Source: Selaginella moellendorffii
Lineage: Eukaryota; Plantae; Lycopodiophyta
Length of the DNA: 64,000 nt
Assembly (NCBI RefSeq): GCF_000143415.4
Contig: NW_003314363.1
Span: 310,001-374,000, forward strand
Direction: 5' to 3'
Notes under the pieces: generated by a model
Database searches by the model: none
What the model saw: the letters and a program-made list of their open reading frames with translations, nothing else
Told to the model about the DNA's origin: nothing
Translations under genes and position numbers: made by a program
Shown: positions 34,541 to 45,434 of the stretch, piece after piece
Layout of the letters: the number at the start of each line of letters is the position of its first letter
Numbering within the stretch: the first letter of the stretch is position 1

Positions 34541-35017
34541 ATGACGATCCTTTCCACCAAGTTGAGAAGATTGCTACTCAGCGCCGCCGGCAAAGCCCGC
34601 GCTCTCTCCCCCTCCTCGATTCGCATCGCCTCCTTCTTCAGCTCCTCCAGATCAGACTCCTCCCGATCAAACAGCTCCAGGTGCGACGAATCCGATGGCT
34701 TCTCCGATCGAGACGACGGCGACGGCGACGCGGAGATCCAAGAGAAGTATCTCGCGGATGTCCCGCAGGGCTGCTTTGCTGTATACGTGGGCCGCGACCG
34801 GCAGCGCTTCGTGGTCGGGACGTGCTTGCTGCGCGATCCCCTGTTTAGGGTTCTTCTGGACAAGGCCGCGGACGAGTATGGCTTGGATCGCCAGGGCGCG
34901 CTGCTCATCCCCTGCGAGGCTGTGCTCTTCGATCACATTTGCTGGCTGCTGGGCAACAATGATCCGGCGGCGGCGAGCCTGGAGATGGAGGAGCTCCTCG
35001 ATTTCTACTCCAGCTGA
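34541..35017 (+). CDS. SAUR protein (SAUR-5)
   Basis: DVPQGCFAVYVGRDRQRFVVG...PLFRVLLDKAADEYG...GALLIPCE. Confidence 0.93.
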   Translation: MTILSTKLRRLLLSAAGKARALSPSSIRIASFFSSSRSDSSRSNSSRCDESDGFSDRDDGDGDAEIQEKYLADVPQGCFAVYVGRDRQRFVVGTCLLRDPLFRVLLDKAADEYGLDRQGALLIPCEAVLFDHICWLLGNNDPAAASLEMEELLDFYSS

Positions 35018-35842
35018 TTTGGATCAAAGCTTCCTTTCGTCCTTTGATTTGCTGACACTAGCTCTCCCCATTCTTTTGTATCAACTGGTATATAATCTAA
35101 GATTGTGAGCGTGGTTGACGCACCACCAGATGGATCATGGATTCCACCACACGTCGCGATCCAGCGCGAAGCAGTGCGAGCTTGTGGAAGATTCTGGGAC
35201 GAAATCCACCGTTTCAAACAAGACATTTCCAGGGAACCTTTTAGATTCTTCCCTTGCAGAGTGATTGATTGCGCCAGCACAAAACAAAACTTGTGCTTCT
35301 ATCACGATCAATCAATCAATCAGTCGTCGTGAGATGGAGGAGAGCCGCCTTAAACAACGTTGTATTCTACAATTTCCCCTTGTGGGGCATTTTTTCTATG
35401 GTTAACCGCTCCTATATATCGTTGAAAAATGGCACCGAAACCCATAGTGCCCCGCACATGATCAAGTTTGACATTTATTTTGTCATGCGTTGTTTTTCCA
35501 GAGAGCCAAGCAAACCTAGCGTGCAAAACTTCTTAGATCCCGCAAAGCGGCATTTGCACTCGGCTTGTTTCATCCCCGATTTGGTCATTCAAAGTAAAAA
35601 CATCCACGAAACACTGAACCCTCTGGTCTGGCTCACTTGTCCCCCTGTGATATCTCCCATCAACTTTAGTTATTTCTACATTGTCTTGTTCTTCTCTCCT
35701 TTACGTTGCGTTTTGCCCCAAAAAGATTCCCCACGGCGCGGCCACGCGGCGGATCGAACCCCCGACCCCTTGACCCCGGTCAAAGCCCCGGTCAATCATT
35801 CAATCCCTTTTTATTTGTCCAACAAAACCGTGCACACGGCAG

Positions 35843-36113
35843 GTACCCCCGGCGTACCGTACGGCGGGTGGGCAGTTTCAGTTTCCCAGAGACAGCCACA
35901 CGTGGCAGCACCAGATTTGCATCAGTAAATGCGGTGCCGTACCCGGCCGTAGCACGGAATCACGGGGAAACGCTTAGCGTCGCCCCGTACAAACGGCCGG
36001 CTCTGAGGCCGTCGCGGCCCGGCAAAGCAATCGTGATCGTCCGATGGCATTCATTGGTCCGGTTAACGAACGGCCCAACCGACTGACCGTCCGTACGCAC
36101 CGCGGCAGCGTAC
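35843..36113. promoter_or_regulatory. Candidate enhancer upstream of SAUR-6: seven GTAC cores plus adjacent AuxRE (GAGACA) and G-box (CACGTG)
   Basis: GTAC at 35843, 35854, 35859, 35939, 35987, 36093 and 36110; GAGACA at 35889-35894; CACGTG at 35899-35904. Confidence 0.5.
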
Positions 36114-36753
36114 GGTCGAGCGCGCAGTTTGGTTTACCTACCTTTGCGTGAAAACAGTCAAGTGGTGTCTGGAAGTAAAAAAAAAAAAACCATGGCAGCG
36201 AAAGTCACAAGTGGAAGTAGTCACATGATGAAAGGATATTCGCTGCATTAGAAACTAGAGAGAGGAGGATCTTCTCTGTGCTTGGAACTAGTTAAAGTGT
36301 AAGTGATGTTTTTGCTTAGATGTTGTTAGGTTTTTATATAACTGCTGAGTAGTTGGGGAAGAGTTCCTTCATCCCCTTGGTGTGGTGCCACTAGGTAGGG
36401 CAGAAAGAAAAAGGAAAAAAAATTGGGCATTGTTTTTGGGTTGTAGACTGGATCACTACTCCACATTGTGAGAGGAGAGAGTCTCAGCTCCAAAACTCCA
36501 TTCTAATCGCGAGCTAGTTTAAATACCCGCGGCGGCTTTCTTCTTTCCCTAACCGCCAACGCGTTCCTTGTGTTTGAGAAGATCATCAATCGAGTGTCTG
36601 TGTGTTCTCCTTTTTTTTCTCTCTTTTCTGGCTGTGTGGTCGATCGAAGTGAATGTGAGGAAATGGGCTGGATCTAGGCCGCATTGGGTCTCTTGGGTTC
36701 CAATCCGATCCTCCTGGGTCGCGCTCCATCGCCAGATCTCCTCGCGCGCGGCA

Positions 36754-37272
36754 ATGCACGTCCATGGCTGCAGTGGCGGTGCCACTCGCGGCAGCATCGC
36801 GCGCGGCCTCAAGAGGCTCAAGCTCCTCCAGCGCTTGAGATCCTCGCGGGTGTCGAGGGATCACTATTCCTCCAGCTCCGGGAGCAGTAGCCTCGGCTCG
36901 GATTGGCTCCAGCGCACGTCCAGCTCCTCCTGGGAGCTCTTCAGCGAGGAGGAGGGCAGCCACAACGATGGCTACGATCACCATAGCGACGACGAGGAGC
37001 TCTATCTCCCAAAGGACGTCCCCGAGGGGTTCCTCGCCGTCTACGTTGGCGAGGAGAGGAAGCGCTTCGTGGTGGATGCCCGGCATTTGAATCACCCCTG
37101 GTTTAAGATCTTGCTGGAGCGATCGGCGGAGGAGTTTGGCTTCGATCACAAGGGCGGCCTCACGCTCCCTTGCCGAGTCGTGGTGTTTGAGAGCCTCCTT
37201 GGTGTTCTTGAGCGTGGCGATACTCCCAGCTTGAAGCAGCTCGCCCAGATCGAAGAGCTCCTCGCGGTATAG
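36754..37272 (+). CDS. SAUR protein (SAUR-6)
   Basis: KDVPEGFLAVYVGEERKRFVV...LNHPWFKILLERSAEEFGFDHKGGLTLPC. First in-frame ATG at 36754. Confidence 0.93.
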   Translation: MHVHGCSGGATRGSIARGLKRLKLLQRLRSSRVSRDHYSSSSGSSSLGSDWLQRTSSSSWELFSEEEGSHNDGYDHHSDDEELYLPKDVPEGFLAVYVGEERKRFVVDARHLNHPWFKILLERSAEEFGFDHKGGLTLPCRVVVFESLLGVLERGDTPSLKQLAQIEELLAV

Positions 37273-38181
37273 GAGGGTGAGGTTCGTGCAAACCACCATT
37301 GATTGATCTCCTTCTCTTATTTCCTTTCTAGAATCTAGTGAGAAAGAAAAAAGAAAAAGCTGAGGAAGTGGTGCCATTGTCACTAAGAATGCGTGCGCGC
37401 CCTCCTCGCTCTCTCTCTTTCGCACAAAGTGTATGTAAAAGGGAGCAGAGTTTGAAGCTGGAATTTTCTTTCGTTCTTTTTGTTCCCTTCCAGTGATCAA
37501 TTCGATCACCTCAATTCAATCAAGCTTAGATCATGGGTCGCTTGTCACTTTCGATTCCATAGATGATCACCTCATGGTTTCTAGACGAGGACGAGTATAT
37601 TCGGCTAATTTGAGCGATTGTTGTGGGCCTAGGAGATTCCCCCGGAATTTGTTTTTGTTTCGTATGCTTGCGGCTCGAATCCTGGCCGGCTCCTGTCGTA
37701 CACAGACAATTTGGTACGTAAATTAATTTATCCAGATGGAAATAAAATGCTATCACCGAAACTTAACTGTAATGATAAGCTATATACATTTTATTATTTA
37801 AAAATAAAAACACACTTCTCTTTTTCCTCTGATGTCATTGTTTTGAAAACTACTTCGATTACTCGACTTCCATTTTGTGTCAAACTCTTAAAAATGTGAT
37901 ATTGTGATATCTTTAAAACGAGGGAATTGATACGATACGTGCAAAGACGTTATCTCACATATAGTTTTACGCAATAGTGAAACACCTCGTCGTATTGGAG
38001 CGATGGCATCTTAATTTTTACAAGCAATCCACTCACACTCAACAGCTTCTGGTGTTACAAACACCTCTCTTGATTTTGATTCTTCTCCCTGCAAAAACTC
38101 GGTATCAAAAATGCCTCTGTTTGAGCCGAATTCCAGAGAAGTTGCCGGGAGATTTGATTGCTTCGCATCGATCTTCTTCCT

Positions 38182-38604
38182 CTAGCCGCTTTGGACGCTG
38201 AGGAGTGTCAAGCTGTGAGGCGGTGAAGGAGGACGAGGACCAGGAGGAGCAGCTGTTTCGCCGCTTGCAACTCTCCACAAGAGATCCTCAAACACCTCGA
38301 CTTCGCAGTGGATAGTGAGCCCCCCATTGTGATGGTGTCCAAACTCCTCCTCCGCCTTCTCTAGCAGCTCACGGAAGAGTCGGTGATTCAAGTACTGCGT
38401 CTTGAGGAGGAACCGGAGGCGCTCCGGGCCAACGTAGACAGCCAGGTAGCCTTGCTGAACGTCCCTGGAGCGGCAATCCTCGGAGTCGGAGTCGTCATAA
38501 ATTCTGGAGCTCGGAAAGCAGCGGCCGGGAAAGGAATGCGCCCTCTCCAGGGAGGCTAGCTTCTGGTATCTCTTGAAGCTGCTCCACACCTTTTGCACCT
38601 TCAT
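38182..38604 (-). CDS. SAUR protein (SAUR-7)
   Basis: DVQQGYLAVYVGPERLRF...YLNHRLFRELLEKAEEEFG...GGLTIHCE. ATG at 38604. Confidence 0.92.
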   Translation of the reverse strand: MKVQKVWSSFKRYQKLASLERAHSFPGRCFPSSRIYDDSDSEDCRSRDVQQGYLAVYVGPERLRFLLKTQYLNHRLFRELLEKAEEEFGHHHNGGLTIHCEVEVFEDLLWRVASGETAAPPGPRPPSPPHSLTLLSVQSG

Positions 38605-39408
38605 CTTGGCGAGAAAAAGCGAGCTAAAAACCAGACCTTCGGAGGAGAAAAGGAGAGAACCGACACAGCTCGATCGAAGAGGAACCGTTCGTTTGATCCA
38701 CTCTTTTCTCTCCTCTCCTCTCTTCTCCCAGAGAGCCGAGACGCGAGGAACAAACAGGCCTGATAAGCACGAAACGGCAGTGAGAAGAATAAAAAATATA
38801 TATAGCGGAGACGAGCGTGGTGGGATCACCCAGCGTGGTGCCGGCTGCCTACACCACGCGAGCAGCTCCAAGAAAATATACACGCTACCTTATCTCGCGC
38901 AAAGTCAATGGCTCCTGCTCCAGAGAAAGCCGGCTCTTTTCAGCACTGTGTAGAGGCATTTCACCTCCGCAGAATCACCAGCGGTGTCATCCGAGAGCTC
39001 CGGACTCTTGCCTCAACGCAGATGGATAACGCTCACTTGTCCTCTTGCAGAGCTTTGATTCATTCTCTCCACCGCCCTTGCCGCTGTAGAGAGTAAGTCA
39101 GCCGCGAATAATATCCAAAAGAGCGGAGGTCACCGTAAATACGTTGTTCATTGTGACTTGTCCAGATGAGCTCGGATATTTCTGATATTTGTTTCCCCCC
39201 GTCGGGCGCCGGAACGAAAGCGAACGGGGATTACTCTGCGACGAGCGGGTGGCGAAATGGAAATTCTCTTGCATTGACAGGCCGGTCACTGAGTCCAACT
39301 ATAGCTGAAAGAACCAAAACGAAGAAGAAAAGTGGACAAAGAAAACTATTAAGTCTTGGCTTGTGTCTGTTTTATGCAGTGACTTTAGCGGGGTGGGAAT
39401 CTCCGGGT

Positions 39409-39928
39409 CTATTCAGGTGCTCCACCTGGTACTAGCTGCGCAAGAATTTGCCAATGTGAGAAAGAATATAAAAGAGAAAACCTCTCTATAATGAGGAAAG
39501 ACAAACTAAAGCTTACGATTGCAATGTTGTTCCCGTTGAGAAGAATTTGGTCCAGCTTGGTGATTCGTTTGCCATCGGGCGTGATCTCACTGCAAGAAGC
39601 CTGTTTAGATGAATGGAAACAATCCAAAGAAAAACAACTTTGAGTCACAAATCTTGCCCAAGCAAAGCCGGCAAAAGAACTAAAAAAGAAGAGAAACTTA
39701 CTACTCGGTCACGTCTTCTAGAACCATATTGACGTAAACATCAAAGCCACGCAGCGTTCCAACGAGCTCCTTGTCGCCCTTCATGATTACCCAGATTTTG
39801 GAGCCAATGCATCGATCGATGAGCTCTACGGCAAGCGATGCGTCAAGCAATCGCGTCACTGGAATCTAAAGAGAATGCGAATGCGAGCGCTTACCCGATG
39901 GAAGGAGCTGCGATGGATTGTGCGCCAT
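39409..39928 (-). CDS. LSM5: Sm-like protein LSm5 (4 exons)
   Basis: [11 protein letters not shown]|[41 protein letters not shown]|[25 protein letters not shown]|LVPGGAPE. Confidence 0.96.
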
Positions 39929-40197
39929 TGTGCCACGCGAAGAGGAAGCCCTAAACCTCGCGATGCCGAGGAATATCCGTGTTTGAGATAACCTAGATCG
40001 GGCGGGAAAACTCGAGGACAAGTGGCGGATCCAACGGCTACCCTAGAAAAGCTTCAAAGAGGGCATCGCGTCCTTTCTCAAGCTCGTCGACTCGCCAGGG
40101 ACAAGAAGAGGAAAACCATTCGATCGATCGATTGTCCCATTCCAGCACCGATGCGGCCAATCCCTCCTCCACCGCGCAGCTCCAGCGCGAGATCGAG

Positions 40198-40689
40198 ATG
40201 GACTTGCGCAAGAACATAGACAGGATCTCGTCGTCGCAACACAGGGTCAAGATCCTCACGCTCCTGGCGGTGTCCGGGACCGTGGCATTGATCATCATCG
40301 TGAGGAGGAACAACCAGGGGTCGCGGGGGCGCGTCAATAGCCCCGGATTTGGGAGCTCGTCGCCGAGCAGGAACAACCAGGTCTATTCCTCACCGGATCC
40401 GCCCAGGAAGCAAAACATCTCGGCGCCGCGAGGGCACTCGGATCAATCATGGAGCTTGCAATCGCTCTACCAGCGCAGCCGGCCAAGCCGCGGGCAACGC
40501 GCAAAGGATTTCGCGCGCCGGGTCCGGCATCGATGCTACGTCCATCGCCTGGATTTCCTCTTCCTGGCGGCATTGATCGGTTTGGGCATTTACGCTTATG
40601 GATTTTCGGAGAGGAGGTACCAATCCCAATACAGTAGCTACAATCCACTCTACTACTACCAGCAGGACCCGGATGGCTGGTTTTCCTAG
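40198..40689 (+). CDS. Hypothetical small protein with two hydrophobic (TM-like) segments
   Basis: Uninterrupted 163-codon ORF filling the LSm5-RPL9 gap; ILTLLAVSGTVALIIIV and FLFLAALIGLGIYAY. No family recognised. Confidence 0.45.
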   Translation: MDLRKNIDRISSSQHRVKILTLLAVSGTVALIIIVRRNNQGSRGRVNSPGFGSSSPSRNNQVYSSPDPPRKQNISAPRGHSDQSWSLQSLYQRSRPSRGQRAKDFARRVRHRCYVHRLDFLFLAALIGLGIYAYGFSERRYQSQYSSYNPLYYYQQDPDGWFS

Positions 40690-40844
40690 CGAGGCCGAAG
40701 AGGTTTTTAGGGCTCCTCCTCTGGACTAATGTACACAATAAGCTAATTAAAATTATGAATTTAATTAAGGGAAAACGTAGAATATTCCTTATCCCCCTAG
40801 GGGTTTTGGCAATAGCGTTTTTCTTCTTTCTGGGAGAAAGGGCA

Positions 40845-41820
40845 ATGGCCGCGGCACTTCCCGTCTTCGAAGGGCTTCGATGCGCCACGACGAGCAGCTC
40901 GGTGAGTTTTCAATCGGTCGATCGGCGTGCTTGCGGCTGAAAATCTCATTGTCTGGCGCTCTATTTGGCCGAGTAGGCAAGGCTTGATGGCGTTTCGCTG
41001 GGAATTTCGCAGCCCCGGAGGCTGCGAGTGATGGCGAACAAGAGATCTGTAAAGACTAGGCAGGTAATGCGACTCGCATCCGAAAATGTGGCTCGATTGT
41101 GGACATTTTTCTATCTTTTTTTTTTTTGCTTTCACAGATTATTTTGTCTGAGGATGTCGAGTTTCTCGGCAAGACGGGCGATCTCGTGAGCGTCAGGGCT
41201 GGGTATTTCCGGAATTTCTTGTTTCCGAAGGGCAAAGCAAAGATGGCAACACCGGAATATCTAAAGTGAGTCCGTGTGCTTCTTTCTCACGGTGTATCGA
41301 CTACTTTGGTGAATTCTTGTGTGTATAGGGAGCTCAAGCTTGAGGCCGAAAGAAAAGAGAACGAGAAGAGGAAAGTAAGTTGTAGTTTTCTGCCTCCCTC
41401 TTTGTGTTGAATATGAATCTGATGGTGCTATCTGCAGTTGAGAGAGGATGCTGAAGCTCTGGCACGGGAACTGCAAAGACTAGGACCTCTCAGCGTGAAG
41501 CGTAAGCGTGGAATGGCCAGGCTGATTTTCGGAACGTAAGTTTCTCGATTTGTTGGGACTTCATAATACCGAAGTTGTCTTGCTCCATGCAGTGTGACTA
41601 CCCAGGATTTGGCCGACATTATTGAATACCGGACGAAGAAGTAAGCACATCTGTGATTGTCTTCTAATTCTCTATAGCACTCATTTCTTCTCATTGCAGG
41701 AAAATCGACAAAAGGAACATGACCGTCCCCGAAATCCGAGAGATTGGAACGTACACAGCCGAGGTCAAGTTGCATCCCGAAGTAACAACTCAAGTAAAGA
41801 TCACCGTGGTGGGAAGCTGA
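40845..41820 (+). CDS. RPL9: Plastid 50S ribosomal protein L9 (7 exons)
   Basis: Transit peptide, then [43 protein letters not shown] and [18 protein letters not shown]. Confidence 0.95.
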
Positions 41821-42021
41821 GGCAAAGTTGTGAACTTCTACATGTAAGTAGAAGCGACTTTGCAAGCGTTCTGACTGTGAGCCTGCAGCAAGGCAAAAGT
41901 GGGAGGCTCGAGCTGCGAGACACAGCTCGCCTGTTTCTTCGTTTATCTTGACGAAAAAGTCGGCTTTTCCTTACGACCCGACTTATAGGGCTGTGAAATT
42001 CCGAGTTGTGATGAACCAGCT

Positions 42022-45000
42022 ATGGTGCTTCATCCGGGTTTGAATTGTTCGTGCTTTCCTACTACTTCATCGTCTTTCAGTGACTCAACTCAAGCTCCTG
42101 GCAGGTTCTCGCCGGCTCCGTCTTGTGTGTACGTGAATTCTCGTCCAGCAGTGAAGCAAGACAACCATAGCTCGAGTAGCTCGAGATTGGAAGCTGGCTT
42201 GGAGAGATATCCTCCTCTTCTGAGGCAATGCGGAGCAGCAAGAGATCTCTCGCAAGCCAGGCGGCTGCACGTAGAGATCATAGAGAACGGGCTAGACAGG
42301 GAGAGGTTTCTGGGAAATCTCTTGGTACAGGCTTATGGAAAGTGTGGAAGTCTCCAAGACGCTCGGACAGTCTTCGATGGCATGGTGGACAGGAATCTCT
42401 ACTCGTGGACACTGCTGATAGGAGCCTATGCCCAGAATGGGTTTCACAGGGAAGCACTGGACTTGTTCTGGGCGATGGACAGGCAGCCAGACAACGTTAC
42501 GTTCTTGACAGTACTGTGCTCTTGCTCGAGCTGCGGAGATGTTGCAGAAGGCCGAGCTCTTCACGAGAGGATACGATGCAGCAGATTTGAGCGAGACACG
42601 ATGGTGGGAAACGCACTCATCAGCATGTATGGCAAGTGCGACAGCTTGGTCGACGCCAGAAGCGTTTTCGAGTCGATGGACTGGCGGCAGAGAAATGTGG
42701 TGTCGTGGAATGCAATGATCGCAGCGTATGCCCAGAACGGGCATAGCACTGAAGCTCTGGTTTTGTACTGGAGGATGAACTTACAGGGGCTGGGGACGGA
42801 CCACGTTACGTTCGTCAGCGTTCTGGGTGCATGTTCTTCCTTGGCACAGGGCCGAGAGATTCACAACAGGGTGTTCTACTCTGGGCTGGATTCGTTTCAG
42901 TCGCTGGCCAATGCACTGGTGACGATGTACGCGAGGTTTGGGAGCGTTGGTGACGCGAAGAGGATGTTCCAGAGCTTACAGACGCGGGACGAGACATCGT
43001 GGAACGCAGTGATTCTAGCTCACTCTCAAAGCGGGGACTGGAGTGGTGCTCTTCGTATCTTCAAAGAGATGAAGTGTGACATGAAGCCAAACTCCACCAC
43101 TTACATCAACGTGATCTCTGGGTTCTCTACTCCAGAAGTGCTACCGGAAGGCAGGAAGATTCATGCTGAGATCGTCGCAAATGGTTTCGACTCGGACTTG
43201 GTGGTGGCCACGGCACTTATCAACATGTATGGGAAGTGTGGAAGTTCGCATGAGGCGAGGGAAGTGTTTGACAAGATGAAGAAGCGAGACATGGTCTCGT
43301 GGAACGTGATGATCGGGTGTTACGTCCAGAACGGGGACTTTCATGAGGCACTGGAACTTTATCAGAAGCTGGACATGGAAGGATTCAAGCGGACCAAAGC
43401 AACGTTCGTGAGCATTCTCGGCGCGTGCTCTAGCGTGAAAGCTCTAGCTCAAGGCAGGCTCGTTCATTCCCACATACTGGAGAGAGGCTTGGATTCGGAG
43501 GTTGCTGTGGCTACTGCTCTGGTAAACATGTACGCGAAGTGTGGGAGTCTGGAGGAGGCGCGGAAAGTTTTCAACGCCATGAAGAACAGGGACGCGGTTG
43601 CCTGGAGCACGCTGATAGGGGCATATGCAAGCAATGGATATGGGAAGGATGCACGCAGTCTCTACGAGGGAATGGTCAGGGAGGAACTCAAGCCGGACAA
43701 TGTCACCTTTATGAGCTTGCTTGGAGCTTGCTCGAGCTTCGAGGAGTGCTCCTGGGTGGACTCGGAGATTGTGAAGAACGGGTTTGGGAAAGACGCGGTG
43801 GTTGGAACTACGATGCTCAACACTTACGGGAAGCACGGGAGAGTCGAAGAGGCGAGGAAAGTATTCGACAGGCTGGGATCGCGCGACACCATCTGCTGGA
43901 ACGCCATGATCACGACTTACGTCCAAAACGGCTGTGCGGTGGCGGCCATGAAGATCTTCAGGGAGATGACCGGCGCCGCTGGCTTGAAGCCCGACGCCGT
44001 GACTTTCATCGCCGTGTTAGAGGCCTGCGCGAGCCTGGGCCGCCTCTCGGAAGTCAAGGCCCTCCACGCGCAGATATCCGAGAGCGAGCTGGAATCCAAC
44101 GTGGTGGTGACGAACACGCTGATCAACATGTACGCGCGCTGCGGGAGCCTGGAGGAGGCCGAGCGGCTGTTCGCGGCGGCCAAGGAGAAGACGGTGGTGT
44201 CCTGGACGGCGATGGTGGCGGCCTTCTCCCAGTATGGCCGCTACGCGGAGGCGCTGGACCTCTTCCAGGAGATGGACCTCGAGGGAGTGAAGCCGGACGA
44301 CGTGACTTACACGAGCATCCTGTTTGTGTGCACGCACGGCGGCAGCCTGGAGCAGGGGTGGCGCTACTTCACGGACATGGCGGAGCTCCACGGCCTGGCT
44401 CCAACGGCGGACCACTTCGCGGCGATGGTGGACCTGCTGGGACGATCCGGGCGGCTCTTCGACGCAAAGGAGCTGCTGGAGAGCATGCCGTTTGAGCCGG
44501 ACCCGGTGGCGTGGATGACGTTCCTGACGGCGTGCCGGATCCACGGGAAGCTGGAGCTGGGCGAAGCCGCGGCAGAGAGAGTCTACGAGCTGGATCCGTC
44601 GAGCACTGCTCCTTACATCGCCATGTCCAACATCTACGCGGCTCACGGGATGTGGGAAAAGGTGGCGAGCGTGAGGAAGAAGATGGAGGAGAGGGGGCTC
44701 AAGAAGCTGCCGGGGCTGAGCTTCATCGAGGTGGACGGGAAGCTCCACGAGTTTAGCTCCGGCGGGAAGTACCATCCCAGGACGGACGAGATCTGCGAGG
44801 AGCTCACGCGGCTCCACGGGCTGATGCGCGCGGCGGGCTACGTCCCGGACACCAAGGCGGTGCTTCACGACGTGAGCGAGGGGGAGAAGGAGACGATGCT
44901 GTTGTATCACAGCGAGAAGATGGCCATCGCGTTTGGGCTGGTGAGCTCGCGGGGGAGCGGCGAGCCCATCCGGGTGGTGAAGAACTTGCGGGTGTGCTCC

Positions 45001-45123
45001 GACTGCCACACCGCCACCAAGTTTATCGCCAGGATCGCTGGTCGGGATATCATCCTCCGGGATTGCAATCGATTCCACCGGTTTAGCAGCGATGGGAAGT
45101 GCTCGTGTGGGGATTACTGGTAG
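42022..45123 (+). CDS. PLS-class PPR protein with E1-E2-DYW deaminase domain (organellar C-to-U editing factor), single exon
   Basis: Repeated P-L-S triplets (VVSWNAMI, MYGKCGS), PG box (KKLPGLSFIEV), HSEK, CSDCH and terminal DYW. Confidence 0.97.
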   Translation: MVLHPGLNCSCFPTTSSSFSDSTQAPGRFSPAPSCVYVNSRPAVKQDNHSSSSSRLEAGLERYPPLLRQCGAARDLSQARRLHVEIIENGLDRERFLGNLLVQAYGKCGSLQDARTVFDGMVDRNLYSWTLLIGAYAQNGFHREALDLFWAMDRQPDNVTFLTVLCSCSSCGDVAEGRALHERIRCSRFERDTMVGNALISMYGKCDSLVDARSVFESMDWRQRNVVSWNAMIAAYAQNGHSTEALVLYWRMNLQGLGTDHVTFVSVLGACSSLAQGREIHNRVFYSGLDSFQSLANALVTMYARFGSVGDAKRMFQSLQTRDETSWNAVILAHSQSGDWSGALRIFKEMKCDMKPNSTTYINVISGFSTPEVLPEGRKIHAEIVANGFDSDLVVATALINMYGKCGSSHEAREVFDKMKKRDMVSWNVMIGCYVQNGDFHEALELYQKLDMEGFKRTKATFVSILGACSSVKALAQGRLVHSHILERGLDSEVAVATALVNMYAKCGSLEEARKVFNAMKNRDAVAWSTLIGAYASNGYGKDARSLYEGMVREELKPDNVTFMSLLGACSSFEECSWVDSEIVKNGFGKDAVVGTTMLNTYGKHGRVEEARKVFDRLGSRDTICWNAMITTYVQNGCAVAAMKIFREMTGAAGLKPDAVTFIAVLEACASLGRLSEVKALHAQISESELESNVVVTNTLINMYARCGSLEEAERLFAAAKEKTVVSWTAMVAAFSQYGRYAEALDLFQEMDLEGVKPDDVTYTSILFVCTHGGSLEQGWRYFTDMAELHGLAPTADHFAAMVDLLGRSGRLFDAKELLESMPFEPDPVAWMTFLTACRIHGKLELGEAAAERVYELDPSSTAPYIAMSNIYAAHGMWEKVASVRKKMEERGLKKLPGLSFIEVDGKLHEFSSGGKYHPRTDEICEELTRLHGLMRAAGYVPDTKAVLHDVSEGEKETMLLYHSEKMAIAFGLVSSRGSGEPIRVVKNLRVCSDCHTATKFIARIAGRDIILRDCNRFHRFSSDGKCSCGDYW

Positions 45124-45434
45124 AGAGAGAGAGAGTTCCAGCAGCAGCGGCGCCGCCCGCCCCGCCGCCATGGTGTGGAAGATATAGTACTTAATGCTGG
45201 TCGTGCTCGTGTTGTGAATCTCCCGTGGTGGCGATCGTTACCACCACCACCACCACCACCACCAACAGTAACACAAATTCATTTACAAAGAATTTTCTCT
45301 TTTTTTCTTGAATATTCTTTTAGCCAAGAAAAAGGAATACAAAAACTTTGAATGAATTTAGCATGATTGAGTTTTTACTTCGAGAAAAAGATAAAATGTC
45401 TTGCAAAAACTTTGAATGTCTCCACAAGCATTAT

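Noticed and set aside
35740-35795. Minus-strand GGTTCGATCC resembling a tRNA T-loop / Pol III B-box
   Set aside because: The T-stem pairs poorly and no acceptor stem, D-arm or A-box can be built; not called as tRNA or SINE.
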